Source of the DNA: Candidatus Staskawiczbacteria bacterium
Lineage (GTDB): Bacteria > Patescibacteriota > Minisyncoccia > Minisyncoccales > Staskawiczbacteraceae
Length of the DNA stretch: 64,000 nt
Direction of reading: 5' to 3'
Assembly: GCA_903831095.1 (NCBI GenBank)
Contig: CAIKWD010000011.1
Span: 5,706 to 69,705, forward strand
Every line of letters begins with the position of its first letter. Within the stretch, counting starts at the first letter, position 1. This document shows positions 54,329-63,157 of the stretch, piece by piece. The position numbers were made by a program, and so were the translations under genes. The notes under the pieces are model-generated. The model was given only the letters and a program-made list of their open reading frames with translations. It was not told where the DNA came from and ran no database searches.

Positions 54329-55205
54329 ATTAATTGTCATTTTAGGACCAACTTCATCTGGAAAAACAGACCTTTCTGTTAAGCTAGCCAAAAAATTCAA
54401 AGGCGAGGTGGTTTCAGCTGATTCAAGGCAAGTTTATAAAGGAATGGACGTGGGATCTGGCAAAGTTACAAAAAAGGAAATGGCAGGAATTCCGCATTAT
54501 TTACTTGATGTTGCCAGCACGCGCCAAAGGTTTTCAGTTGCCCAATACCAAAAACTAGCCATGAAAGCCATAAAAAAAATACAGACAAATAATAAAATTC
54601 CATTTGTAGTTGGAGGCACAGGTTTTTATATACAATCAATAACCGATGGAGTTGTAGTACCTGAAGTTAAGCCAGACTGGAGACTTAGAGAAAAGCTAGA
54701 AAAAATGACAGTTGTAGAAATGTTTGAAAAATTAAAAAAACTCGACCCAAAAAGAGCTGAATCAATCGACCAAAAAAATCCAAGAAGGCTTGTCAGAGCC
54801 TTGGAAATTGTTCTAAAAACCGGAAAAGCCGTGCCTTCCCTGGGAAAAAATCAAAACAAAAAATTTGAAATTTTAGAAATTGGAATTATAAAATCAAGAA
54901 CAGAATTAAAGAATAGAATACACTTGAGACTGGTAAAAAGATTGAAGAATAATTTGATGGTTAAAGAGATAGAAAAATTGCATAAAATTTTGTCATGGAA
55001 AAGACTTGAAGAATTTGGCCTAGAATACAGATTTGTCGCACAATACTTGCAAGGTAAAATTACCTACCAAGAAATGATGGACAAAATAGAAATAGAATCT
55101 ATACAATATGTAAAAAGGCAGGAAACCTGGTTTAAAAGAGATAATCGCATTAAGTGGGTAAAGAATTATATAGAAGCTGAAAAATTAATCAAAAAATTTA
55201 TTTAA
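54321..55205 (+). CDS. miaA: tRNA dimethylallyltransferase
   Basis: P-loop ILGPTSSGKTDLS, DSRQVYKGMDVGSGK and GGTGFY. Confidence 0.9.
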   Translation: MNKLIVILGPTSSGKTDLSVKLAKKFKGEVVSADSRQVYKGMDVGSGKVTKKEMAGIPHYLLDVASTRQRFSVAQYQKLAMKAIKKIQTNNKIPFVVGGTGFYIQSITDGVVVPEVKPDWRLREKLEKMTVVEMFEKLKKLDPKRAESIDQKNPRRLVRALEIVLKTGKAVPSLGKNQNKKFEILEIGIIKSRTELKNRIHLRLVKRLKNNLMVKEIEKLHKILSWKRLEEFGLEYRFVAQYLQGKITYQEMMDKIEIESIQYVKRQETWFKRDNRIKWVKNYIEAEKLIKKFI

Positions 55206-55206
55206 C

Positions 55207-55232
55207 AAAAAACCGCCTAATAGCGGTTTTTT
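55207..55232. terminator. Bidirectional terminator between miaA and gatB
   Basis: AAAAAACCGC-CTAATA-GCGGTTTTTT. Confidence 0.7.
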
Positions 55233-55236
55233 AATT

Positions 55237-56688
55237 TTACAATAATTTCTTAAGCAACTCCTGCACTTTGTCAGGTTTTGCAGTACCTCTTGTAACTGCC
55301 ATAACTTGTCCGGCTAAAAATTGCAATGAATTCTGTTTGCCGGCTTTATAATCCTCAATTGCCTTTGGATTTTTTGCCATAACTTCCTTAATAATTTTTT
55401 CAAGCTCAGAATCGTCTGACATCTGTCTCCAATTGTTGTTGTCCACAACTTCAGAAGGGTCAGACCCAGTGTTAAACATATCAACAACAACCATTTTAGC
55501 TACTTTACTGGAAATTTCCCCTTTATAAATCATCTTCACAAACTCGGCAAAATTTTCCGGAGTAATTTTAAACTCAGCCTCAACAAATTCTTTTCCACCT
55601 AAAAGTCCTTGTACATCAGAAATTAAGTAATTAGCAACCAGCTTTGAAACTTTTTTATGAGCTTCACCTTTTTCCTCTTCTGTTGTCCATTCTTCAAATT
55701 CAGAAACAACCTTCTCAAAATATTCGCTCAAATCTTTGTTGACAACAAAAAACTCAACAGACTTCTCGTCCAAACCAAATTCTTTTTTAAACCTTTCTCT
55801 TTTTTCTTCTGGTAATTCAGGCATACCTAATTCTACCTCTTTTATATAATTTTTGTCAAAATGCATTAAAGGCAAATCAGGTTCTGGAAAATATCTGTAG
55901 TCATGTGCCTCCTCTTTTTCTCTTTGGGAAAATGTAATTTCCTTCTTGTCATGCCAACCTCTGGTTTCTTGTACAATTTTTTCTCCAGCTTCCAAAATTT
56001 CTTCCTGACGCTTTATTTCAAAATCAACTGCCTTTTCAACAACCTTAAAAGAATTTAGATTTTTAATTTCAACTTTAGTGCCCAATTTATCATTTTTACT
56101 TATACTTATATTTACTTCAACCCTCATTTGCCCTTTTTCCATATTGGCATCGGAAACTCCCAAATATTTCAAAATCATCTGAAGCTCCTGTGCGAATTCT
56201 CTAGCTTCTTTCCCAGATGTAATATCTGGTTCTGTTACTAATTCCATTAATGGTACTCCTGCTCTATTTAAGTTGACCAAAGAATAATCTGCGCCTTCGG
56301 GATGCATTAAGCTTCCAGTATCTTCTTCCAAGTGTATCCTAGTTATTCTTATCTTATGCCCCTCAACTTCCAAATATCCACCCTCACACAAAGGCTGGTC
56401 GTACTGGGAAATCTGGTATCCTTTCGGCAAATCTGGATAAAAATAATTTTTTCTATCAAACTTGGAATTTTCTGCAATTTTACAGTGCAAAGCCAACCCT
56501 GTTTTAATAACCTTTTTAATTGCCTCTTCGTTGGCAACAGGTAAGGTTCCAGGCTGAGCCGAACAAACTGGGCAAATATTGAAATTTGGCCTTTTTTCAT
56601 CGGGATCATTTTTGCATGAGCAAAACATCTTGGTATTTGTTTTTAACTCTGCGTGTATTTCCAATCCTATTGTTACTTTATATGCCAT
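55237..56688 (-). CDS. gatB: Asp-tRNA(Asn)/Glu-tRNA(Gln) amidotransferase subunit B
   Basis: YKVTIGLEIHAELKT.., NRAGVPLMELVTEPD and a C-terminal YqeY-like tail. Confidence 0.9.
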   Translation of the reverse strand: MAYKVTIGLEIHAELKTNTKMFCSCKNDPDEKRPNFNICPVCSAQPGTLPVANEEAIKKVIKTGLALHCKIAENSKFDRKNYFYPDLPKGYQISQYDQPLCEGGYLEVEGHKIRITRIHLEEDTGSLMHPEGADYSLVNLNRAGVPLMELVTEPDITSGKEAREFAQELQMILKYLGVSDANMEKGQMRVEVNISISKNDKLGTKVEIKNLNSFKVVEKAVDFEIKRQEEILEAGEKIVQETRGWHDKKEITFSQREKEEAHDYRYFPEPDLPLMHFDKNYIKEVELGMPELPEEKRERFKKEFGLDEKSVEFFVVNKDLSEYFEKVVSEFEEWTTEEEKGEAHKKVSKLVANYLISDVQGLLGGKEFVEAEFKITPENFAEFVKMIYKGEISSKVAKMVVVDMFNTGSDPSEVVDNNNWRQMSDDSELEKIIKEVMAKNPKAIEDYKAGKQNSLQFLAGQVMAVTRGTAKPDKVQELLKKLL

Positions 56689-56700
56689 GTTATTATTTTA

Positions 56701-56934
56701 CTATTTTTTATCTTTATAAAACCAATTATAAATTCCTAAAGCCCAACTAAAAAGATATATTATACTTAGAAAAAATACTCCCCACTGTTTGTTTAAATAA
56801 GAAGTGATAAGCCAAAATGGTTGTGAAGCCAAGCCAAGTACAAATCCCCACTTGTTCTTTTTTGCAACCAATATAACAGCGGCTACTCCAAATATTGCAA
56901 TTCCTATTTGAGCGATTGTATCTAGCGAAATCAT
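56701..56934 (-). CDS. Small 3-TM membrane protein, pattern reminiscent of one triple-helix repeat of PnuC-family transporters
   Basis: 77 aa: TM1, then AKKNKWGF, TM2, NKQWG, TM3, GIYNWF. Compare the recalled PnuC C-terminal repeat (..TRKYVENWLLW..., ...G..MW). Last gene of the nucleotide cluster. Confidence 0.4.
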   Translation of the reverse strand: MISLDTIAQIGIAIFGVAAVILVAKKNKWGFVLGLASQPFWLITSYLNKQWGVFFLSIIYLFSWALGIYNWFYKDKK

Positions 56935-56949
56935 TTATAAGTAATTAAA

Positions 56950-57654
56950 TTATTTTAACTGAGCCTTTACCAACGTGGCGCTCTGGCCATCTTCTGCTAT
57001 TTGAAAATCGTCAAAAAGCACTGGCACACGCTGTTTTACTTCTTTTAACAACTTTACCATAACTTGTCTTATTTCCCAATGAGCATCCATTGCGCACCTC
57101 ATTTTGAATATGTGCCTCCATTCCCTTAAATTGGCAGTAACCACTATTTGTGCCTCTATTCCATTTGGAAGTATTTGCCTGGCGTCTTGAGGCAACCAGC
57201 CTTGCTGGCGCAAACCCTTGTACATTTGTTCATTTAATTCTACAAAATCTTTAAAGGAAACTTTAACTGGAGCGTCTGACCCAGGTATTTTCAACTCAAC
57301 TGCTTTAGTTTCCAAATCTCTATTTGGCGGAGCAATTACTGTAAAATCTTTTTCGTCTACATATCTTGTAGACTCCTGTGTAAAGGAAGCTATTCTATGC
57401 CTTACCAATTCATGAGTCAATCCGCGTGAGACACCATTTAACTCAACAATCATACAAGAATGTTCAAATACAGATTCGTGGCCCCTTTTCCTAAGAAATT
57501 CTATGAATTTCAAGGATGACTCATCTGTAATTTTTTCTCTGCTTTGATAAGCTGTTCTTCCAGCTGTTTCCATTAACTGTAAGGGATTTTCACCACTGAC
57601 CCCAGTCATTAAAGCTAAAATTTTAAAACTTCCCTCATTTTGTAAAATTTTCAT
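56950..57654 (-). CDS. thyX: Flavin-dependent thymidylate synthase
   Basis: ThyX motif HELVRHRIASFTQESTRY (RHR-x7-S). 234 aa. Confidence 0.9.
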   Translation of the reverse strand: MKILQNEGSFKILALMTGVSGENPLQLMETAGRTAYQSREKITDESSLKFIEFLRKRGHESVFEHSCMIVELNGVSRGLTHELVRHRIASFTQESTRYVDEKDFTVIAPPNRDLETKAVELKIPGSDAPVKVSFKDFVELNEQMYKGLRQQGWLPQDARQILPNGIEAQIVVTANLREWRHIFKMRCAMDAHWEIRQVMVKLLKEVKQRVPVLFDDFQIAEDGQSATLVKAQLK

Positions 57655-58355
57655 AATTTTTGTTTTACTACTTCTATTATTTTTTGACTTATTATTTCTG
57701 GTGATAATAAATTACCTTTTTCTAGACATTCAATAACTTTAAAATCTTTAGGAAATTCCTTTGAGGCCAACAAATAAGAATTTAAGGCATTAGCTAAATG
57801 ATTCTCGCTTTTTTCGTGTATATCCTGCTTTCCTGAATTTCCAAGATAACTTTTTCTTCTTGCCTGCTTTTTTTTGTCAGTTATTTTGTGAGACATTTTC
57901 AAGGAAAATTCCGGAGATGTTTTCAATATAAAAGTGTAATCTGGTTTGGGAATTCCAAAAATGCCATATTCCAAATCATAAAGCCAACTGACATATTTTT
58001 TCCAATCTTTTTTATTTTTTAGTTTTCCTCCTTGGTGACCTATGTTTGAAACTAAATACCTATCGGCAACAACTATTTTTCCTTCGCTTAACCATTTTTT
58101 AATTTTAAAACTTGCGTCATATCTATCAATTGCATAAAAAATAGAAGCCACATAAGGACCAACTTCTTCTGCATTTCCATATTTTCCAGTCAAATAGTCG
58201 TCAACCATAGCAGAAGATCTCTCTCCATGCTGAGGAAAATCTATTTTTTCTACCTTATATCTGTTTTTCATACAATAATCAGCCAACAGTTTTGTCTGAG
58301 TAGCCTTACCACATCCGTCGATACCTTCAAAAACAAAAAATTTTCCCTTTTTCAT
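57651..58355 (-). CDS. tmk: Thymidylate kinase-like (dTMP kinase family)
   Basis: P-loop FVFEGIDGCGKATQ and DRY motif VVADRYLVSNIGHQGG. Overlaps thyX by ATGA. Confidence 0.75.
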   Translation of the reverse strand: MKKGKFFVFEGIDGCGKATQTKLLADYCMKNRYKVEKIDFPQHGERSSAMVDDYLTGKYGNAEEVGPYVASIFYAIDRYDASFKIKKWLSEGKIVVADRYLVSNIGHQGGKLKNKKDWKKYVSWLYDLEYGIFGIPKPDYTFILKTSPEFSLKMSHKITDKKKQARRKSYLGNSGKQDIHEKSENHLANALNSYLLASKEFPKDFKVIECLEKGNLLSPEIISQKIIEVVKQKL

Positions 58356-58972
58356 AATAAAATTTCTTCTAATTCTTTAATATTGTGTACTAAATAGTCT
58401 GGATTCTTCGATTTTAAATATTCCTCAGTGTTAAAGCCCCAAGTTACTGCAATTGTTTTTATGCCATTTTCTCTACCAGCAATAATTTCATGATTGCTAT
58501 CACCAATAAAACAAGTATCCTCTGGATTTAAATTAAATTTTAAAGCCATTTCTTTCAACGATACACCTTTAATTAGAGACCGCGCTACTACATTATCAAA
58601 AACATCTTCCAATCCGTATTCTTTTAATTCAGGAAAAATAGTTTCTGATAAATCAGTACTTATCACGCCCAAAAAATAACCTTTTCCCTTTAACCTTTTT
58701 ATTAACTCACACATTCCGGGAATAGATTTTGATTTCGGACAATCTCTTCCTAAAATTATTTTTTTATATACTGGTAATTGTTCTTCTTCAGTTAAATTGG
58801 GTAAATATTTATTATAGAAAAGCATGTGAGGCTGTTCCCAATTTTCCTGCAATTCTTTCTCCGAAATTTCTTTGATTCCAAATTCTTTAAAAATATTGTT
58901 AACAACCCATAAATGGCACTCTAGTGCGTCTTTTATTACGCCAGACCAGTCAAAAATAACATTCTTAAACAT
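58352..58972 (-). CDS. HAD-superfamily hydrolase (phosphatase-like)
   Basis: Motif I VIFDWSGVI (the residue at D+2 is Ser), motif II GVISTD, motif IV FIGDSNHEI. Overlaps tmk by ATGA. Confidence 0.65.
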   Translation of the reverse strand: MFKNVIFDWSGVIKDALECHLWVVNNIFKEFGIKEISEKELQENWEQPHMLFYNKYLPNLTEEEQLPVYKKIILGRDCPKSKSIPGMCELIKRLKGKGYFLGVISTDLSETIFPELKEYGLEDVFDNVVARSLIKGVSLKEMALKFNLNPEDTCFIGDSNHEIIAGRENGIKTIAVTWGFNTEEYLKSKNPDYLVHNIKELEEILL

Positions 58973-59517
58973 TAAATTGAACCAATTATTGTTTTAATTT
59001 GCTCTTGTAGTTGTTCCTTTGAGCCATTATTATCTATCCTAAAATCTGCTTCTGCCCCAATAGTTGTTATTAAAGATTCAGCTTCAGCTTTTCCCATTTC
59101 AATAAATTGTTCGAATGTAACGTCGTCGTCGGCCTTCTCACCCCTTATCTTCATTCTTTCCCATCTTATTTTTGGATCTGCAGTTATATAAATAAGTTTT
59201 CCCCCAATTGATTTTAATGCCTTAAAGTCGTCTGGCCTTCTGACGCCATTCAAAATAACAATTCCATCGCTGATTTTTTCAATTTTCTTTACCAAGGCTT
59301 TCACCAAAATGTCTCCGCCAAACCTTTCACGCAAGGCCGAACTTATCCATTGTTGGTCTTCCCTTTTAACGTCATCAAAAAATATTTTCAAAATATCTGT
59401 GAGAGCGTCTGAAAACCTAAGAAAATACACATCCTTATAGTTTGCCTTTAAATATTCACAGACTGTGTCTTTACCTGAAGCCATTTCTCCAACAATGCCA
59501 ATTATTTTTTTTGCCAT
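58972..59517 (-). CDS. P-loop kinase, deoxynucleoside-monophosphate-kinase-like
   Basis: IIGIVGEMASGKDT P-loop, of the GxxxSGKDT type recalled from phage T5-type dNMP kinases and dephospho-CoA-kinase-like proteins. 181 aa. Confidence 0.5.
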   Translation of the reverse strand: MAKKIIGIVGEMASGKDTVCEYLKANYKDVYFLRFSDALTDILKIFFDDVKREDQQWISSALRERFGGDILVKALVKKIEKISDGIVILNGVRRPDDFKALKSIGGKLIYITADPKIRWERMKIRGEKADDDVTFEQFIEMGKAEAESLITTIGAEADFRIDNNGSKEQLQEQIKTIIGSI

Positions 59518-59531
59518 ATTATTTTTAGTAA

Positions 59532-59891
59532 TTAATTTGTTTTTTCATTCCAATCTATTCTATCGCGTTTACCAGCGTCTTTTTCCGTAAAAACTCCGCT
59601 TGAATATCTCTTCTTTAGTTTATCTACATTTTCATTAAATAAGTCCTGCATATCCCAGCCATAGAAATTGCATATTGCAGCTATGTACCATAATGTATCT
59701 CCCAAGTTTTCCCTTATGCCCGGCTTTTGGTCGTTATTGTGCGAATACGTCTTTTTAATGCACCCAGCTACGTCACCAGCTTCTCCGCTTATTCCCAGGC
59801 CCCATGTCATTATCTCCTTCTCCGGGTCTTCATATTTTTTAGTAACTGATTTGCAAAACTCTTGATAATTTTTGAAAAAATCTTTTTCCAT
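59532..59891 (-). CDS. MazG-like nucleoside triphosphate pyrophosphohydrolase (small all-alpha type)
   Basis: LGISGEAGDVAG and ENLGDTLWYIAAI metal-binding helices (the EaGE...E..GD.LWY pattern). Confidence 0.7.
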   Translation of the reverse strand: MEKDFFKNYQEFCKSVTKKYEDPEKEIMTWGLGISGEAGDVAGCIKKTYSHNNDQKPGIRENLGDTLWYIAAICNFYGWDMQDLFNENVDKLKKRYSSGVFTEKDAGKRDRIDWNEKTN

Positions 59892-59893
59892 TT

Positions 59894-60502
59894 TTATAAT
59901 TTAGATAAATAATCCCTATATACTATTTGGACCCAGACTCCCGGGTTTCCCTTTATATGCTCGCCTATGTCTTTTATATCCATAAGTTGGCCTACAATGT
60001 TTTCTGTTTCCTTAACTGAAATTTCTGGGCTGTCTCCAACAAAAAGATAAACCAATCCTATATGTACGCTCTCAACTGGGCGGGAATTGTCGCTTATTAT
60101 GCCAATGAATTTCTTTTCTGTTATGTTTCCCTTAAAACTAACTTCTTCGTTCCACTCACGCATTGTACCTGCTTCTATAATATCCTGGCCTTCTGTAACA
60201 TCTTCCTTATTTATATGCCCGCCCAAACCAATCTGATAATTGTCTATTAGCCTTTTTTCTGTGATATTTTTTAAATAATTAAAGACAAAATATTTGTCCT
60301 GATACTTGAAAATTATGTGCGGTATTATCTGCTGAAAAGAAGTGTCATTCTCCATGTCTCCCCTTCTTTTAAATTCACAATTATTTTTAATCAAATCAAT
60401 ATAATAATCCAAGTTGTCAGTTTTCAATCCCTGCCATTTTCCTTTTTTAAAAAGAATATCTGACTTTATTACTAAAACTTGTTCGTCGTCTTTATTGGGC
60501 AT
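59894..60502 (-). CDS. Nudix-like phosphoesterase (MutT-family-like)
   Basis: FQQIIPHIIF..., then GLGGHINKEDV...EAGTMREWNEEVSF, resembling a degenerate Nudix box (REx2EE). Confidence 0.5.
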   Translation of the reverse strand: MPNKDDEQVLVIKSDILFKKGKWQGLKTDNLDYYIDLIKNNCEFKRRGDMENDTSFQQIIPHIIFKYQDKYFVFNYLKNITEKRLIDNYQIGLGGHINKEDVTEGQDIIEAGTMREWNEEVSFKGNITEKKFIGIISDNSRPVESVHIGLVYLFVGDSPEISVKETENIVGQLMDIKDIGEHIKGNPGVWVQIVYRDYLSKL

Positions 60503-60503
60503 A

Positions 60504-61025
60504 CTATTGATTTTTATACTCTACTACAGTGTTTTCTAAAGCAACAAATTGTATTCCTGTTTTTGCAAACAATTCAACGGATTTTGCGTCTGAATGGTAC
60601 CGCTTTATAGCCACTAGTTTTTTAATACCAACACGCAATATTCTCATAGCACAATTGTAACAAGGAGCCATTTTGCAATACATAGTAGCCCCTTCAAGCC
60701 TTATTCCATCTTTAGCACATTGCAATATAGCATTTTCCTCAGCATGTAAAGTTCTAACGCAATGTTGAGATTGTGTGCCATCTTCATGGATAACTGTATT
60801 CATCATATGGCCAACTTCATCGCAATGAGGCATTCCTGGAGGAGCTCCAGCATATCCAGTTGCTAAAATAGTATTATGCGGGCTGACAATAACAGAAGCT
60901 GCACGGCCTCTGTCGCAAGTGCCTCTTCTACCTAGTGGCTCTAGTAAGGCCAAAAAATATTTATCCCATGATGGACGAACATATTTTTCTTTTATTTCCT
61001 GGGGAGTTTGTTTTACTTCTTCCAT
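60504..61025 (-). CDS. dCMP deaminase (ComEB/CDA zinc-deaminase family)
   Basis: Zinc motifs LHAEENAI and PCYNCA. The N-terminal SWDKYFLAL is typical of dCMP deaminases. Confidence 0.85.
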   Translation of the reverse strand: MEEVKQTPQEIKEKYVRPSWDKYFLALLEPLGRRGTCDRGRAASVIVSPHNTILATGYAGAPPGMPHCDEVGHMMNTVIHEDGTQSQHCVRTLHAEENAILQCAKDGIRLEGATMYCKMAPCYNCAMRILRVGIKKLVAIKRYHSDAKSVELFAKTGIQFVALENTVVEYKNQ

Positions 61026-61073
61026 GTTTTATTTTTTTATTTAATAGTTAGATTATTTTAACACTTATGCAAA

Positions 61074-61102
61074 ACAAAAAGCAAGAGTTTTTTCCCCTTG
61101 CT
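61074..61102 (-). terminator. Terminator after rplK
   Basis: Minus strand: AGCAAG-GGGAAAAAACT-CTTGCT followed by TTTTGTTTTG. Confidence 0.55.
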
Positions 61103-61122
61103 TTTTTGTATATTTATTGTGT

Positions 61123-61548
61123 TTATCCAATAACTTCTACTCCCATGTTTTTTGCTGTCCCAGCAATTATTTTAATTGCCTGTTCTATGTCTGTTGTATT
61201 CAAGTCTGGCATTTTCTTTATTGCAATTTCCTTTAGCTGAGCCTTGGTAATTTTTCCAACTTTTGTCTTATTAGGTGTCCCTGATCCTGTTTCAATTCCA
61301 ATTGCCTTCTTTATCAATTCTGATGCCAAAGGTGTTTTCAATATGAAAGTGAAAGACCTGTCCTTATAAATTGTAACTTCTGCTGGAATTGTATAACCTG
61401 CCATTGCCTGAGTTGCTGCGTTGAACTTTTGGCAGAACTCGGAAATGTTCAATCCATGAGGAGCCAATGCTGGTCCAATTGGAGGAGCTGGAGTTGCCTT
61501 GCCTGCTGCTATTTGTACTTTTACTTTGGCTTTAATTTCTTTTGCCAT
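61123..61548 (-). CDS. rplK: 50S ribosomal protein L11
   Basis: [35 protein letters not shown]. The track start is TTG; the ATG is at 61548. Confidence 0.9.
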   Translation of the reverse strand: MAKEIKAKVKVQIAAGKATPAPPIGPALAPHGLNISEFCQKFNAATQAMAGYTIPAEVTIYKDRSFTFILKTPLASELIKKAIGIETGSGTPNKTKVGKITKAQLKEIAIKKMPDLNTTDIEQAIKIIAGTAKNMGVEVIG

Positions 61549-61621
61549 ATTTTTTACCAAATACTATGTTATAGATTAATGTCTTTCGAAATATATCTAT
61601 AAGCAATATTCAGCTGTTTAT

Positions 61622-62170
61622 TTATTGAACTTTTTTAATTTGTAATGAATCCAATTCTACTGGCGTGTCTCTTCCAAACATATTTACCAATACTTTTATC
61701 TTTCCTCTTTCTTTGTCTATTTCTGAAACCTTTCCTTCAAATCCTTTAAATGGTCCATCATTTACCTTAACTGTAGCACCAATCTCAAAATCAATCGTAA
61801 ACTCAGGCTCACCCATTTCCATTCTCTTCATTAAGTCAGCCATGTCTGGGGCTGAAACTGGAATTGGAGTTGTTCCTGCTCCCAAAAATCCTGTAACCCT
61901 TGGAGTGTTTCTAACAACATACCACGATTCATCAGTAACTACCATTTGAACCAATACGTATCCTGGGTAAATCTTTTCTTCTACTGTTTTTCTCTTTCCA
62001 TTTTTAATTTTTATCTTTTTTTCCTTTGGCACTATTACGTCAAAAATCTTATCTTCCATGCTCAAACTCTCAATCCTTTGTTTGAGGTTTTTTGCAACTG
62101 CGTCTTCATATCCTGAATAAGTGTGAATAACGTACCAATTTTTTTCCTGTTCTATGACTTGTTTTGGCAT
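61622..62170 (-). CDS. nusG: Transcription termination/antitermination factor NusG
   Basis: NGN domain WYVIHTYSGYE, KOW motif VKVNDGPFKGFEGKVSEID. Confidence 0.9.
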   Translation of the reverse strand: MPKQVIEQEKNWYVIHTYSGYEDAVAKNLKQRIESLSMEDKIFDVIVPKEKKIKIKNGKRKTVEEKIYPGYVLVQMVVTDESWYVVRNTPRVTGFLGAGTTPIPVSAPDMADLMKRMEMGEPEFTIDFEIGATVKVNDGPFKGFEGKVSEIDKERGKIKVLVNMFGRDTPVELDSLQIKKVQ

Positions 62171-62171
62171 T

Positions 62172-62366
62172 TTACTTTATGATTAACTTCTTAATAATCT
62201 CAGTGAAAATAAAGTCCAATCCGCCTAAAAATGCGGACACTGCAATGGTAATTCCCAAGACTATAAGAGTGTATCTTATAACATCTTTTTGGGAAAGCCA
62301 GCTGACTCTTTTCATTTCTACCCAAACTTCCTTAAAAAATACATTTACTTTTTGTGTTATTGTCAT
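62172..62366 (-). CDS. secE: Preprotein translocase subunit SecE
   Basis: 64 aa: FFKEVWVEMKRVSWLSQKDV followed by one TM helix. In the conserved position upstream of nusG. Confidence 0.75.
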   Translation of the reverse strand: MTITQKVNVFFKEVWVEMKRVSWLSQKDVIRYTLIVLGITIAVSAFLGGLDFIFTEIIKKLIIK

Positions 62367-62370
62367 GGTT

Positions 62371-62392
62371 TTTAAAACCCCGCTTGGCGGGG
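62371..62392 (-). promoter_or_regulatory. GC hairpin plus U-run in the secE leader, ending 4 nt before the ATG region
   Basis: Minus strand: CCCCGC-CAA-GCGGGG followed by TTTTAAAAACC-ATG. The only G-rich (SD-like) run lies in the 3' arm. Confidence 0.45.
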
Positions 62393-62406
62393 CTATTTAT
62401 ACATAT

Positions 62407-62435
62407 ATAATAGCCGAATATATCTAATAAGTCAA
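62407..62435 (-). promoter_or_regulatory. Candidate sigma70-type promoter for secE-nusG
   Basis: The minus strand reads TTGACT-N17-TATTAT (plus-strand agtcaa at 62430-62435, ataata at 62407-62412). Confidence 0.4.
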
Positions 62436-62483
62436 TATATTTAACAATTATAGCACAATTTACCATAAATCCAACAATTTACA

Positions 62484-62508
62484 ATAAAAAAGCGCTCCTT
62501 TCGAACGC
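62484..62508 (-). terminator. Terminator directly after the 62509-63030 gene
   Basis: Minus strand: GCGTTC-GAAAG-GAGCGC followed by TTTTTTATT. Begins right after the TAG stop. Confidence 0.55.
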
Positions 62509-63030
62509 CTATGTATTTTTGTAAATCTGATGTTTCTCCCTGGCCTTTATTATTAAATCATAAATAGCCTGAGTATCCTGATTTAATTCTTCATTTAAAA
62601 TGCGTTTTGTGATGTCGTTATCCGGAATATAGTTCCAGTTGCCGTATGCAAGCCAGTCACCTTTTTTCGGGATTAGCAACACATCCCATGTGATAACTCC
62701 AATAGGACAAGGGTCTATAATTGCTCCGTCGGGAGTCTCCAGCCACGAATGATCGCAGAAAGTATGGCCTATCTTTACTTGATCCCCTGATTCCTCTCTA
62801 CTTATTCCCATATAATGACCGTCAATTACTTTAAGTTCAGGCATAATTTTAGAAAAAGCCCGACATGTAGAATGACAGCAATATCTTATATGCTCATATT
62901 GGGGATTATTTTTAATATATCTCCCCATATATTTTCGAATATTAATCATTCTTACCCTCAACCTTTGATCAAGATCAGTTGTATTTTCCAACAAATTATC
63001 TCTTTCAAATGTAAAAAACGTAGCATACAT
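62509..63030 (-). CDS. Hypothetical Cys/His-containing protein
   Basis: The ATG at 63030 is preceded by GGAGGA four nt upstream; the track start at 63042 is TTG. Contains CCHSTCRAF and HTFCDHSW. No family recognised. Confidence 0.6.
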   Translation of the reverse strand: MYATFFTFERDNLLENTTDLDQRLRVRMINIRKYMGRYIKNNPQYEHIRYCCHSTCRAFSKIMPELKVIDGHYMGISREESGDQVKIGHTFCDHSWLETPDGAIIDPCPIGVITWDVLLIPKKGDWLAYGNWNYIPDNDITKRILNEELNQDTQAIYDLIIKAREKHQIYKNT

Positions 63031-63118
63031 TCTATCCTCCAAATTATTTTAGGTTTTCAAATATCAGCGTCCTTAGATAATATCACAATATATATTTAAT
63101 GTCAATCACATGACGTAA

Positions 63119-63141
63119 CAAAAAACCAGGCTTCCACCTAG
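63119..63141 (-). terminator. Possible terminator after the ybaB-like gene
   Basis: Minus strand: AAAAACTAGG-TGGAAG-CCTGGTTTTTTG (5-bp stem including one G:U). Confidence 0.45.
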
Positions 63142-63157
63142 TTTTTTAAATTATTTA

